Source: Mobula hypostoma (Eukaryota). From it: 64,000 nucleotides of DNA. Position 1 is the stretch's first letter. The number at the start of each line of letters is the position of its first letter. The stretch covers positions 230,580,001 through 230,644,000 of the forward strand of contig NC_086097.1 of the NCBI RefSeq assembly GCF_963921235.1. Direction: 5' to 3'. The translations under genes were made by a program, and so were the position numbers. Positions 12,142 through 25,445 of the stretch are shown here, in pieces. The notes below the pieces were generated by a model. The model searched no databases. It had not been told where the DNA came from and was given only the letters and a program-made list of their open reading frames with translations.

Positions 12142-15100
12142 GTAAGACCATACGACATAGGAACAGAATTAGGCCACTTGGCCCATCAAGTCTGCTCTGC
12201 CATTTCATCATGACTGATCTAATTTTCCACTCAGGCCCAATGTTTTGCCTTCCCCGTGTATCCCTTCATGCCCTGGCCAATCAAGAAGCTATCAAACTCG
12301 TCCTTAAATATATATAAAGACTTGGCCTCCATAGCTGCCTGAGGCAAAGAATTCCACTGATTCACCACTCTCTGGCTAAAGAAATTCCTCTGCGTCTCCA
12401 TTCTAAAAGGACACCCCTGTATTTTAAGGCTATGTCCTCTTGTATTAGACTTTCCCACTACAGGAAACATCCTCTCCACATCCACTCTATCAAAGCCTTT
12501 CACCATTCATTATTGACCTTTTCAATTCAGTCATTCTTCTGAATTCTAGTGAATACAGTCCCATAGCTATCAAATGCTCTTCGTATGAGAAGCCGTTCAA
12601 TCGTGGACTCATTTTTGTGAACCTCCTTTGCACCTTCTCCAGATACAGCACATCCTTTCTAATATAAGGGGCTCAAACTGCTCACAATACTCACCAGTGC
12701 TTTATAAAGCCTCAACATTACATCCCTGCTCTTATATTCTCTCTGTCTTGAAATGAATGCTAACACACATTTGGCTTCTTCACCACAGACTCAACCTGCA
12801 AATTAAGCTTTAGGGAATCCTGCACAAGGACTCCCAAGTCCCTTTCACCTCAGTTTTTTGTATGTTCTCTCCATTTAGAAAGTAGTCATTTCTTCTACCA
12901 CAGTACATGACTATACACTTTCCAACACTGTGTTACATACCTCAAGGCGATCTTGTGACCGTCTTGTGAGAATGATGTAATGGTCTTTTGGAGGTCACCT
13001 GATGTAATTTTCCTGCCGATGTGAGGTCACGTGATGACATGTTCACCACAGGTATAAAAGGGAAGACCTCTGGTGACATAGTTAGTTTTCCAGTTAGAAT
13101 GTTCATCAGTGTCTCCGTTCCGTTGCGTATTTGTTTTATGACGCAGTTTCATTTTTAAAACGGAGTGTTACGTTCTATTGTAAGGTACAACAGTGCTGGA
13201 CTGGCAATTTCTGCCAGATTTGTTGATGTACCTTTTCAGTAGTATTGGAGAGTGAAGACTTTATCGAAGTACGGGACCTGAAGGATTAAGAGAAGTTGAT
13301 ATCGTTTGGCAGTTTAACAAAGGAGTGACCTTATTGAGCCTTCGTTGAAGAAGTAGCGACCTGCATCGATGATAACTCTTGCCAAAAGAGATGGTAGTTC
13401 ATGCAGGATTTGCTCTCTAGAAATTAAGGTCAGTTGTTTTAAGTCGTTTATTTCCTTCCTCGTGAATCCTTTGGACAGAACCAGCAGGGAAGTTGTGTCT
13501 ATGAAGAAATCCTTCTCCATTTTAAGAACTGTATTTGACTTTACCGCTTTAAGAACCGTTTTCAAATTTATCGCTTTAAGAACCAGTACTGAGTGATGAT
13601 TTGTTGAACGGCCGCATAGCAGTTAACTTCCGGTTAAGGCTTTCGTTTGTTTTTATTGTTTATCCGTGTTTAATAAATGTTTGGTTGTTTTTATATAACC
13701 TGACTCGATTGATAGTCATTGTTGTCGGTTACGTAATAACTGTATTCCATCTGCTACTTCTTTGCCCATTATCCTGATCTGTATGTCCTTCCGTAGCCTC
13801 TCTACTTCCTCAAAACTATTTTCCCCTCCACCTATCTTCATATTGTTTGCAAACTTTGCAACAAAGCCATCAATTTCAACATCCAGATCACTGGCCATGT
13901 AGCGTAAAAAGAATCAGTCCCAACTTAGACCCCTGCTAGTCACTAGCAGCCAACCAGTAAAGGCTCCCTTTATTCCCATTTTTTTGCATCCTGCCAGTCA
14001 GTCATTGCCTTACCCATGCTAGAATCTTTCCTGTAATACCATGGGCTTGTAGCACCTTGTCAAAGGCCTTCTGAAAATCCAACTACACAACATCAACAGA
14101 TTCTCCTTTGTCTATCTTGCTTGTTATTTCTTCAAAGGATTTCAACAGATTTGTCAGACAAGATTTCCCCTTGAGGGAACCATGCTGACTATGGCCTATT
14201 TTATCACGTGTCTCCAAGTACCCTGAAACCACACCCTTAACGATCGACTCCAACATCTTCCTAACCACTGAAGTCAGACTAACTAGTCTGTAATTTCCTT
14301 TCTTCTGCTTCTCTCCCTTCTTGAAGAGTGAAGTGACACTTGCAATTTTCTGATCTCCCGGAACCATTCCAGAATCTAGTGATTCTTGAAAGATATTTCT
14401 AATGTCTCCATGAGCTCTTCAGCCACCTCTTTCAGAACCCTGGGGGGTGCACCATCTGGTCCAGGTGACTTATCCACCTTCAGATCTTTCAGTTTCCCAA
14501 GAACCTTCTCTGCAGTTATGGTAACTTCAACACTTCATGACCCCTGACACCTGGAATTTTCACCATGCTACTAGTGTCTTCCACAATGAAGTCTGATGCA
14601 AAATACTTATTCAGTTCATCTGCCATTTTGTTGTCCCCCATTGCTACCTCTCCAGCATCATTTTCCAGCAGTCTGATATCCATTTTTGCCTCTTTTTTAC
14701 ACTTTATGTGTCTGAAGAAACTTTTGGTATCCTCTTTAATATTATTGGCTGGCTTACTTTGATATTCTACCTTTACCTTCTTTTTAACTTTTTGTTGCCT
14801 TCTGTTGGTTTTTAAAAGCTTCCCAGTCCCCTAACTTCCCACTAATTTTTGTTCTATTATATGCCCTCTCTTAGCTTTTATGTTGGCTTTGACTTTTCTT
14901 AGCCATGGTTGTGTCATCTTTCCTTTAGAATACTTCTTCCTCTTTCGGATGCATGCATCCTGAACCTTCCAAATTGCTTCCAGAAATTTCAACCATTGCT
15001 GCTCTGCTGTCATCTTTGCCAGTGTTCTTTTCCAATCAATTCTGGCCAACTCCTCCCTCATGCCTCTGCAATTTCCTTTGATTCACTGTAATACTGATAC

Positions 15101-16230
15101 ATCTGACTTTAGCTTCTCCTTCTCAAATTTCAGGGTGAATTTTACCATATTATGATCACTTCCCCTAATGGTTCTTTTACCTTAAGCTCTCTCATCAATT
15201 CCAGCTCCTTGCACAACACCCAGTCCTGAATAGCTAACCCTCTGGTGGGCTCAACCAAGAGCTGCTCTGAAAAGCCATCTCATAGGCATTCTAGAAATTC
15301 CCCCTCTTGGAATCTTGCACCAACATGATTTTACCCTATCTACCTGTATCTACCTCCCACTGTAATTTGTTACCACATCCTTACTACTGTTTGGGGGTCT
15401 GTATACAACTCCCCTCAGGATCTTTTTTACCATCGCAGTGTCTTAATAAGAATCTTCCAATCCTATGTCACTTCTTTCTAAGGACTTGATTTCAATTTTT
15501 ACCAACAGAACCATTCCACCCCCTCTGCCTACGTGCCTGTTCTTTCAATACAATGTGCATCCTTGGACATTAAGTTCCCAGCTATAATATTCTTTCAGCC
15601 ATGATTCAGTGATGCCAACGACATCATATATGCCAATCTGTAACTGTGCTCCAAATTCATTTACCTTATGCTGTGCGCATTCAAATATAACACCTTCAAC
15701 CCTGTATTCAGTCTTTTTGATCTTGTTCACTTTTTACATTGCAACTCATCCTGTTGACTGCAATTTTGTTTGATCAACACACCCTCCTCACTACACATTG
15801 CCTCTGTTCATAAACCGGCAACCAAATCTTCAGCACTATCACTGTGGTTCCCATCCCCATGTCAAATTAGTTTAAATCCTCCCAAACAACTCTGGCCAAC
15901 CTACTTGCAAGGATATTGGACCCCCTTGGGCTCAGTTGTAACCCATCCATTTTGTACAGGTGGTATCTTCCCCAGAAGAGATCCCAATGATCCATAAATC
16001 TGAACCCCTGCACCAGTTCCTCAGCCACACATTCATCTGCCAAATCATCCTACTCTCACCCTCACTGCCATGTGGTACAGGCAGCAATCCAATGATTACT
16101 TCCCCGGAGGTGTGTCTCTGTCATGCCCACAGAACCTGATCTCTGTTCCTCTGACTATGAATCTCCTATTAACACTGCAGTCCTCTTCACATCTCTGTCC
16201 TTCTGAGCCACAACACAAGACTCATTGCCA
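12142..16230 (-). mobile_element. Long degenerate CR1 LINE (ORF2 and probably part of ORF1), interrupted by a solo LTR
   Basis: ORF fragments 12231..12506, 13716..13898, 14083..14367 (NYRLVSLTSVV, SQHG..KGKSCLTNL), 14831..15061 and 15545..15730 (YDVVGITESWL, AP endonuclease). Confidence 0.88.
12931..13738 (+). mobile_element. Solo LTR (about 808 bp), probably Gypsy-type
   Basis: Begins TGTTAC and ends GTAATA (decayed GTAACA); 4-bp TSD ACTG at 12927-12930 and 13739-13742; internal TATAAAA (~13053) and AATAAA (~13672). Confidence 0.85.
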
Positions 16231-17092
16231 AGGATGACAAGAAACATCTCCAGAATCTCAAGACAGTGTTGAAAGAATTAGAAGATTATGGGCTCAGAGC
16301 ACAATGCAACAAGTGTGATTTCCTTAAACCAAGCATCATTTATGGTGGTCACATCATTGACACACAAGATTTACACAAGTGTGCTGAGAAAATTCAAACA
16401 ATGGTGGAAGCTCCAAAGCCAAAGGACGTGTCACAGTGGCGGTCCTTTGGATTTGTCAATTACTATAACAGGTTGCTGGCAAACCTGACTACAGCGCTCC
16501 ACCACTTGAACTCATTACTACGAGGGGTGATTGATAAGTTCGTGGCCTAAGGTGGAAGGAGTCAATTTTAGAAAACCTAGCACATTTATTTTTCAACATA
16601 GTCCCCTCCTACATTTACACACTTAGTCCAGTGGTCGTGGAGCATACGGATCCCTTCTTTGTAGAAGTCGGCATCTTGGACCTCCAGGAAGTGGTCCACA
16701 GCAGGGGTGATTGATAAGTTCATGGCCTAAGGTAGAAGGAGATGAATTATAGAGCTCTCGTTACATGCAAATGCAGTTCAACTCTTTGAGTGATTATGCA
16801 GAAAGTTTGAAGTTAATAACTCATCTCCTTCTACCTTAGGCTATGAACTTATCAATCACCCCTGCTGTGGACCACTTCTGGAGGTCCAAGATGCCGACTT
16901 CTCAAAGAAGGGACCCGTATGCTCCACGACCGCTGGACTAAGTGTATAAATGTAGGAGGGGACTATGTTGAAAAATAAACGTGCTATGTGTTCTAAAACT
17001 GACTCCTTCTACCTTAGGCCACAAACTTATCAATCACCCTTCATATAGGTCAGGAAGAAATAGCAATGGACAAAGCAGTATGAGTGCCTTTC
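16228..17092 (+). mobile_element. Ty3/Gypsy pol fragment (RT C-terminus and RNase H linker), split by a mariner MITE
   Basis: HLQNLKTVLKELEDYGL...KC.FLKPSI.Y.GHII...APKPKDVSQ.RSF.G.VNYYNR; the sequence appears to resume after the MITE at ~17046. Confidence 0.8.
16521..17043. mobile_element. Palindromic mariner-derived MITE
   Basis: TA at 16519-16520 and 17044-17045; termini CGAGGGGTGATTGATAAGTT / AACTTATCAATCACCCTTCA; ~230-bp inverted arms, each with the mariner transposase C-terminus (..RWTKC.NVGGDYVEK*). Confidence 0.9.
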
Positions 17093-17945
17093 ATTATAAT
17101 ATTGTGAGAGCACAGTCACTGTATCAAGTGTTTTTTTGAGTATGGTCAAAACTGATTTATGAATACCTGTAAAAAAAGGAACTCATTTGTTACCTGAAGA
17201 CAGTCAGTAAGTAAAACATCACCACAGCACAAGTAGTTAAGACAGCAACATTTAATCTTGAGAATCAAGCCCTCTGAACGTGAACTGGAACAATCCCAAA
17301 GCCTAATGAAGGACCAGCATTCCAAATTCTGTCATAAAATGGACAAGTTGGTCAATCAGCAGCAATACCCTTAAGTAGCAGAAATTGGCTTCCAACAGCA
17401 ATGAATTACATAACACTTCCTTAAGAAGTAACTTATGTTCCAAAGCTATAAATCAGATCATTTTTGAGCCATGTTAATCTGAAAATATATTGCTTCAGCT
17501 CTTTTCCCAATAGATCATTGGAGTACTTCAAATCACAGCTTTTAACTACCAACTGGTATACAGCAAGTAACAAGAGATATACTGTAGAGAACAGCATAAT
17601 TCATTGTAACATGTGATTGCCGTCTCCCTAATTCCAACTGGAGTGTTTGCCAGATACCAAACTCAATGAAATAAGAGGTTGAAGGATGTCAGTGAAAGCA
17701 GCACTTAATTTCTCCCACAAACCCCCAAATGGTATGTATCAAACTCTGTTACATTCATACCTGGTCAGTAAGTAACACTTTCCTGAAGCCGTTATCCTTG
17801 ATTTCCACACCAGCCCTGTTGAAGGACATGCGCCTGCAGTACACCTGAAAGAACTGGACAGGCCAGGCTTGATGCAACAGGCACCATCAGATGGATTATC
17901 GAACAAGGTACAGATCCGGACGATGAGTATATAATACGAATTACA

Positions 17946-18472
17946 TACTCGCATCCACTTTATTACGTACCTCCTGTACTTAACAAAGTGACAACAGAGT
18001 GAGTGCTCATGTTTTCTGCTACTGTAGCCCATCCATTTCAAGATTTGATTGGTTGCGCATTCAGAGGTGCTGTTCTGCACACTACCGTTGTAACGCTTGG
18101 TTATTTGAGTTACTGTAGCCTTGAACCAGTCTGGCCATTCTCCTCTGACCTCTCTCATTAACAAGGCATTCTTGCCTACATAATTGCCGCTCACTGCATT
18201 TTGTTTGTTTCACACACCATTCTCTGTAAAAACTATTGTGCTTGAAAATCCCAGCAGTTCATCAGTTTATCAGGTCCTGTCTAGCACCAACAATCACCCC
18301 GCAGTCAAAGTCGCTTAGATCATACTTCTTCCCCATTCTGATGTTTGGTCTGAACAACAACTGAACCTCTTGACCATGTCCGCAAGCTCTTATGCAATGA
18401 GTTACTGCCACGTGATTGGTTGATTACATACTTGCATTAATGGGGTTCACCTAATAAAGTGGCCACCGAGTA
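17946..18472 (-). mobile_element. Non-autonomous Tc1-like element
   Basis: Same TIR and truncated transposase as 10123 (KATVTQITKRYN.SVQ...LKWMGYSSRK in ORF 17739..18194). Confidence 0.85.
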
Positions 18473-18761
18473 CATTTCCTTTTGACAGACAGATTCTCCA
18501 TGGCAAAGAGATCTCTTGCAGATTAATATTTGCTCAGACAGAGGAGGTGAAACCGAGCTTTGGAGAGGCACAAATCTGTCAGCATCTTGTCAGCCATTCA
18601 CTAGGCACTTGTCTAATTCTAACTCCATGTGAAGTCAGCCAAAGCAAATAAAAAATGTAATTTACCTTTTAGCTGATGTGGTTAGGTATTCAACAAAAAT
18701 ACAAATTTACTTTAAGTAGAAGGTTATAAATTTCTTAAAGAGCTTTGAGTGTTTTTTAACT

Positions 18762-21722
18762 GGGAGGTAGGAACCAAACTGAAGAGATGAAGGAAGGGGT
18801 GGCTGGCTCACAAATAGAGAAAGCTTGGAGACAGTGTGAGAGGGAGGATAGGCAGGTGATAGAGAAGGGACGCGCTCAGACTGATGGTTTGAGATGTGTC
18901 TATTTTAATTCAAGGAGTATCATTAACAAAGCTGATGAGCTTAGAGTGTGGATCAGTACTTGGAGCTATGATGTTACGGCCATTAGAGACTTGGATGGCT
19001 CAGGGGCAGAAATGGTTACTTTGAGTGTCAGGCTTCAGATGTTTCAGAAAGGACAGGGCGGGAGGGAAAAGAGGTGGGGGCGTGGCACTGCTGATCAGAG
19101 ATAGTATCACAGCTGCAGAAAAGGAGGAAGTCATGGAGGGATTGTCCACTGAGTCTCTGTGGGTGGAAGTTAGAAACAGGAAGGGGTCAATAACTCTACT
19201 GGGTGTTTTTTATAGACCACCCAATAGTAACAGGGACATCGAGGAGCAGATAGGGAGACAGATTCAGGAAAAGTGCAATAACAACAGGGTTGTCGTATTT
19301 GGAGAGATTTTAATTTCTCCAATATTGACTAGCATCTCCCTAGAGCAGGGGGTTTAGACAGGATGGAGTTTGTTAGCTGCATTCAGGAAGGTTTCCTGAT
19401 ACAATATATAGATAAGCCTATAAGAGGAGAGGCTGTACTTGATCTGGTATTGGGAAATGAACCTGGTCAGGTGTCCCAGCGGGAGAGCATTTGGAGATGG
19501 TGATCACAATTCTATTTCCTTTACCATAGCATTGGAGGGGAATAGGAACAGACAAGTTAGGAAAGCGTTTAATTGGAGTAAGGGGAAATATGATGCTATC
19601 AGGCAGGAACTTGGAAGCATAAATTGGAAGCAGATGTTCTCAGGGAAATGTACGGAAGAAACATGGTAAATGTTCAGCAGATATTTGTGTGGCATTCTGC
19701 ATAGGTACATTGCAATGAGACAGGGAAAGGATGGTAGGGTGCAGGAACCAAGATGTACAAAGGCTGTTGAAATTCTAGTCAAGAAGAAAAGCTTACGAAA
19801 GGTTCAAAAAACTAAGTAATGATAGAGATCTAGAAAATTATAAAGCTAGCAGGAAGGAGCTTAGAATTAGGAGAGCCAGAAGGGACCATGAGAAGGCCTT
19901 GGCGAGCAAGATTAAGGAAAGCACCAAGGCATTCTACAAGTATGTGAAGAGCAAGAGGATCAGAGGTGATAAAATAGGACTAATCAAGTGTGTCTGGAAC
20001 CGGAGGAGGTAGCGGAGGTACTTAATGAATACTTTGCTTCAGTATTCACTATGGAAAAGGATCTTGGCGATTGTAGGGGTGACTTACAGCGGACTAAAAA
20101 GTTTAAGCATGTAGACATTAAGAAAGAGGATGTGCTGGAGCTTTTGGAAAGCATCAAGTTGGATAAGTCACCGGGACCGAACAAGATATACCCGAGGCTA
20201 CTGTGGGAGGCCAGGGAGGAGATTGCTGAGTCCTTGGCAGTTATCTTTGCATCATCAATGAGGACGAGAGAGGTTCCGGAAGATTGGAGGGTTGCAGATG
20301 TTGTTCCCTTATTCAAGAAAGGGAGTAGAGATAGCCCAAGAAATTATAGACCAGTAAGTCTTACTTGAGTGGTTGGTAAGTTGATGGAGAAGATCCTGAG
20401 AGGGAGGATTTATGAACATTTGGAGAGATATAATATGATTCGGAATAGTCAGCATGGCCTTGCCAAAGGCAGGTCATGCCTTACGAGCCTGATTGAATTT
20501 TTTGAGGATGTGACTAAACACAGTGATGAAGGAAGAGCAGTAGATGTAGCGTATATGGATTTCAGCAAGGCATTTGATAAGGTACCCCATGCAAGGCTAA
20601 TTGAGAAAGTAAGGAGGCATGGGATCCAAGGGGACATTGCTTTGTGGATCCAGAATTGGCTTGCCCACAGAAGGCCAAGAGTGGTTGTAGATGGGTCATT
20701 TTCTGTATGGAGGTCGATCACCAGTGGTGTGCCTCAGGGATCTGTTTTAGGACCTCTTCTCTTCGTGATTTTTATAAATGACCTGAATGAGGAAGTGAAG
20801 GGATAGGTTAGTAAATTTGTTAATGACACAAAGGTTGGGGGTGTTGTGGATAGTGTGGAGGGCTGTCAGAGGTTACAGCGGCACATCGATAGGATGCAAA
20901 ACTGGGCTGAGAAGTGGCAGATGGAGTTCAGCCCAGATAAGTGTGATGTGGTTCATTTTGGTAGGTCAAATATGAAGGCAGAATATAGTATTAATGGTAA
21001 GACTCTTGGCAGTGTGGAAGATCAGAGGGATCTTGGGGTCCAAGTCCATAGGACACTCAAAGCTGCTACGCAGGTTGACTCTGTGGTTAAGAAGGCGTAT
21101 GGTGTATTAGCCTTCATCAACCGTGGGATTGAGTTCAAGAGCTGAGAGGTAATGTTGCAGCTATATAGGACCCTGGTCACACCCCACTTGGAGTACTGTG
21201 CTCAGTTCTGGTCACCTCCCTACAGGAAGGATGTGGAAACTATAGAAAGGGTGCAGAGGAGATTTACAAGGATGTTGCCTGGATTGGGGGGCATGCCTTA
21301 TGAAAACAGGTTGAGTGAACTCGGCCTTTTCTCCTTGGATTGATGGAGAATAAGAAGTGACCTGATCGAGGAGAATAAGATGATGAGAGGCATTGATCAT
21401 GTGGATAGTCAGAGGCTTTTCCCAGGGCTGAAATGGCTAACATGAGAGGACACAGTTTTAAAGTGCTTAGAAGTAGGTACAGAGGAGATCTCAGGCAAGT
21501 TTTTTTTTAAATGCAGAGAGTGGTGAGTGCGTGGAATGGGCTAGAAACGATGGTGGTGGAGGCAGATATGATAGGGTCTTTCAAGAAACTCTTAGATAGG
21601 TACATAGAGGCCTATGGGTAACCCTAGATAATTTCTAAGGTAAATACATGTTCGGCACAGCATTGTGGGCCAAAGGGCCTGTATTGTGTTGTAGGTTTTC
21701 TATGTTTATATGTTTCTATGTT
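18762..21722 (+). mobile_element. CR1 LINE with a near-full-length but disrupted ORF2 (AP endonuclease plus RT)
   Basis: Consecutive ORFs 18787-21343: [59 protein letters not shown]; tail (TTCTATGT)n at ~21698-21722. Confidence 0.95.
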
Positions 21723-24666
21723 CAGAATCTCTAGTGGAAAAGTATAGCTAAGCTTTAACTCGACGGATTAATGGGAGCTTCAACAGTTGCACATCACTTC
21801 TAATAGCAGTGCAATGTAAATGTGCTATATATAGTAACCCTGTAATCTACTGCTAATGATTCCTCATAATATTGCAGTAATTACATCATAAAAATGAGGT
21901 TAATACCTACTTGTGAATACCGCAGTAGATGACACTGAGAAGTCTGAAGTCAAGAGAGAAAATGCTGGATATTTACTGCATCCCAGGGAGGACAGGATGA
22001 TTTTTGGGTGTCTACCCTTCACCTGAATATCAGTACAAACCTTTTCTTACTTCTGATCCCATTTTAATTTTTTTTAAATTTCCCTGCATCAGCTTATTAA
22101 AAAGTTTCAATTAAGCAGTTTTCTAGTCCCGAGCCTATGAACTCCCACCTGTAAATAATACCTGCACTAATTGTCTTCCCCCTTCTTTTGCACTCCATAC
22201 TGTGCCCCCACACTCCCCTATCCCCCATCCCCACCAGCTTTGCTAAATTGTTTCCTTATCATTTAGATTACAGTTCTGAAGGACAATTGGCACCTAAAAT
22301 AGCATTAGCTGTATTTTCTCCCTCCTCTTCATGGACATTAACTGGACTGCTCTTTATTTCTGGAGAGCACTGCTTATTTCTGGAGCGTGCGGAATTTTTT
22401 TCTGATAGCCCTCGTTTGCAAGCAAGGGGGAGAAAAGTAAATTATTATCTTAATTCAGCCAGTGCTTTGATTTGGATTATTAATGGGATGATTGTTGATT
22501 GCTCTATTTTAACATTGGCCTGGAAATATGAATGACGAGGAGCACAAGGGACCCCTTTAAGTGAAAAGGTAACACTGCAAGAGGCAGCACTTTAATAACT
22601 TATGAGCTCATTAGCAGTCAGAGTTATTGGTATATAACTGGCTGGCAGATGTGGTGTTTCTAAATAGAACAGCTACATTTAGACCATTCCGGATGGTAGC
22701 AAATTGGGACATTCACACATCCCAAACTAACTGAAAAACATATGTCAGTGCCCTTCTTTAGGAGTAGGGCAGATTCACCAACCTATAGATTTCAATTAGG
22801 ATTGTAGAATAGATATATTAACTAAAGGAAAGCAAATTCTTTCAGTTTAGTTTAATATTGATTTGTAACTATTCTAGATGTCCTTAGGTACATTTTTAGA
22901 GTTTTAAATAAGGCCATCTTTTTAAATAATTTACTTTGATTTGGAAAAGACAAATCACATTTGTCCCTATTAAAGTTGTAGGCATTGAACTGTTGTTGCT
23001 AAGGCAGACCTCAAATTTTGCATAAGTACTAAGAAAATTCAGCACCTTCTGAAAGAGTTGGAAGAACAATCTGTCAGTTTGACCCATTGATAAGGTCAAT
23101 GAGAGAACCCAGTCTCACCGAGATTCTTTAGCAGCATTCTGCGAGATAAGTGCAGGATCTGAATTTTGGCATTTAAATCTTTGGCATATAAGAGAAGTTC
23201 CTTTAAATCACTTTGTTTTAATTTAATGGTTTTATTGCTTGTGTGCTTTTACAATGAACATTTAAAATTTCTAAAACTTAAAAACATAAAACTTGCTAAA
23301 AACAAATGGCAAAGCTTCATCCCAAGATATGGTGCGGGGAAGGGTTGTGGGTGGAAAAGGGGAAAAAGAAAGAAAGGTCACCTTCTCTGTACCACCAGAA
23401 ACAAATAATTCTTTTGCGATTGTTTGATGTTTGATAGGATCTTGCATTAAAATAACAGGCCAAATCTTGCTGGGAGACGTTGGCAATTCTGTGGTAAACT
23501 ACTGGTATATACCCACATAACAGCAGGAAAATTTGGGATTTCAGCCCATGCCCCTCCATAGTCCTGAAATTGGTGGTGTATTCCAGATCCTCGTCTACCA
23601 AAGTATTCCATTAGTGGTGTGATATCTGTGAGCCAAATCATTTTAATGGAGACTTCATAGCTATATGAAAGAATGTCAAGAACATTATAAATTGACTTTT
23701 TTTCCTGCCCCAATCTGTTTAATTCAAGGAATAACTAATTTAAAAGTTGTTTTCTTTCCTATGTATAATTTAATAATTTAAGTAGTTTATTTCACTTCTT
23801 GAATACTTCTGAATTTCAGAGAATATTGGAAAATATAACAACTTTGACATGACAAGATATGGGTATGGCATTTGATTTTTTAAAAATACTTACTTTAAGT
23901 CTGCTTCCAGAAAGCATGGCCTAAATTTTTTCCTGGACTTCTCTCAGTTTCCTATCGAGTTATGAAAGGAGGTAAGAATTAGCACATGTATGAAACAGAA
24001 ATGGAGGGCCACATGGGAAGGAAGGGTTGGATTGATCTTGGAATATGTTAAAGGGTCAGCACAACATTGTGGGCTGAAGGGCCTGTACTGTTCTGTATTC
24101 TATATCAGAACACCTATAGAAATTCTCAGTCCACCTTTGTGACATCAGGGCAAACCAATTACAAGGAAACAGCTAAGCCTGGAGGTGGGACTACAATTAT
24201 TGGGATTCAGGACACTTTTCAGTTTCATTGTCTCCTACACCATCCAAATTCCTCGCTTAGACTTGATTTCAGCATCTGAATATCTATGACATAATGCTCA
24301 TAATATATTGTTCTTTGATGCCTCAATTATTGGACTTAAACTGAATTACGACGTTTTACTGGAACACCAGTTTATGTAAATTTATCTCGTTAAATTATTA
24401 ATGAATACATCTTCTTTAGAAGGCTGATGGCACTTGGAATTTAAAAAAATTAAATCCATTTTATTCTAATTTGATGCACAGCTTTCACATAACCTTAAGG
24501 TTAATGCAAGAATTGATTCATAGGAAATGAACGTGATTCACTTAATTTTAGGGTTTTATTCATAAAGACATTTGAAGCCTGGAAAATATTGAGTGGCACG
24601 ACAATATACTGGCAAAACAAGTTAAACTATTTCACATAATCACTTGTTTTAATAATGGATTTTTGG

Positions 24667-25445
24667 GTTAAGATGGTGCCTGCATACAAGTGCGTATATT
24701 CAGTCGATATATTTCACTTCTTTTACGTCTTTTACATTTGTTTTTCATCTTGGATGTGATTCTGGAACTGCTGGAGTCTGTGATTTGCTGTTTGGAGATT
24801 GTTTCGGTGCTTCAGCGCTCTGCAGTCTACAAGAGGATTCCAGGCGAAAGCCCCAGCATGTGTGAACCCCATGGCGGGCAGGTTGTGGGCCAGGGCGCGA
24901 GCCAATGTTTGACTCTATTTTGCCGATTAAAGATCCCCTTGTGTGCCAATTAAAGTGACAAGGGTGATTGAAGCAACAAGGCGAGTGTGGAGGGCAAGTG
25001 CTACTGCCTGTTTTTTGATCACTGAGGGTTGCTCCGCTACGCCATGGGAGATGGGAGAGCCTGCCGCTGCGCCCGGAGAATGTTGCTCAGGTTTTCTGCG
25101 TTTTAGATGTGGATTTGGACTGTAGACTTTATCGGTCTATATTTTTTTGATTCTCTGTTTTTCGCCCGATATATCTCATTTTTTTGTGTAGTTGGGTGAG
25201 GGAAGGTTTGGGTGTCAATGTGGTTCTGCTTTGCTTGTTTTTTAAATGTGGACGGGGATTTGAGGGTTGATGTGCCTGTTCTGATTTTGCTTGCTTTTTT
25301 GTGCAGGGAGGGGAGATTTGGGGGGGGGGGGGGCGGAGGTTGATGACTGTGTTGCCTTTCTTTTCTTTCTTGATTTCATGGCTACCCGGAGAGGAAGATT
25401 TTCAAAGCTGTATACTTTGATAATAAATGAACCTTTGAATTTAAA
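24667..25445 (+). mobile_element. Second, older non-autonomous retroelement with an AAGATGG head and a Rex-type tail
   Basis: Starts GTTAAGATGGTGCC; CpG-richer body; ends TGTATACTTTGATAATAAATGAACCTTTGAA. Confidence 0.5.
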
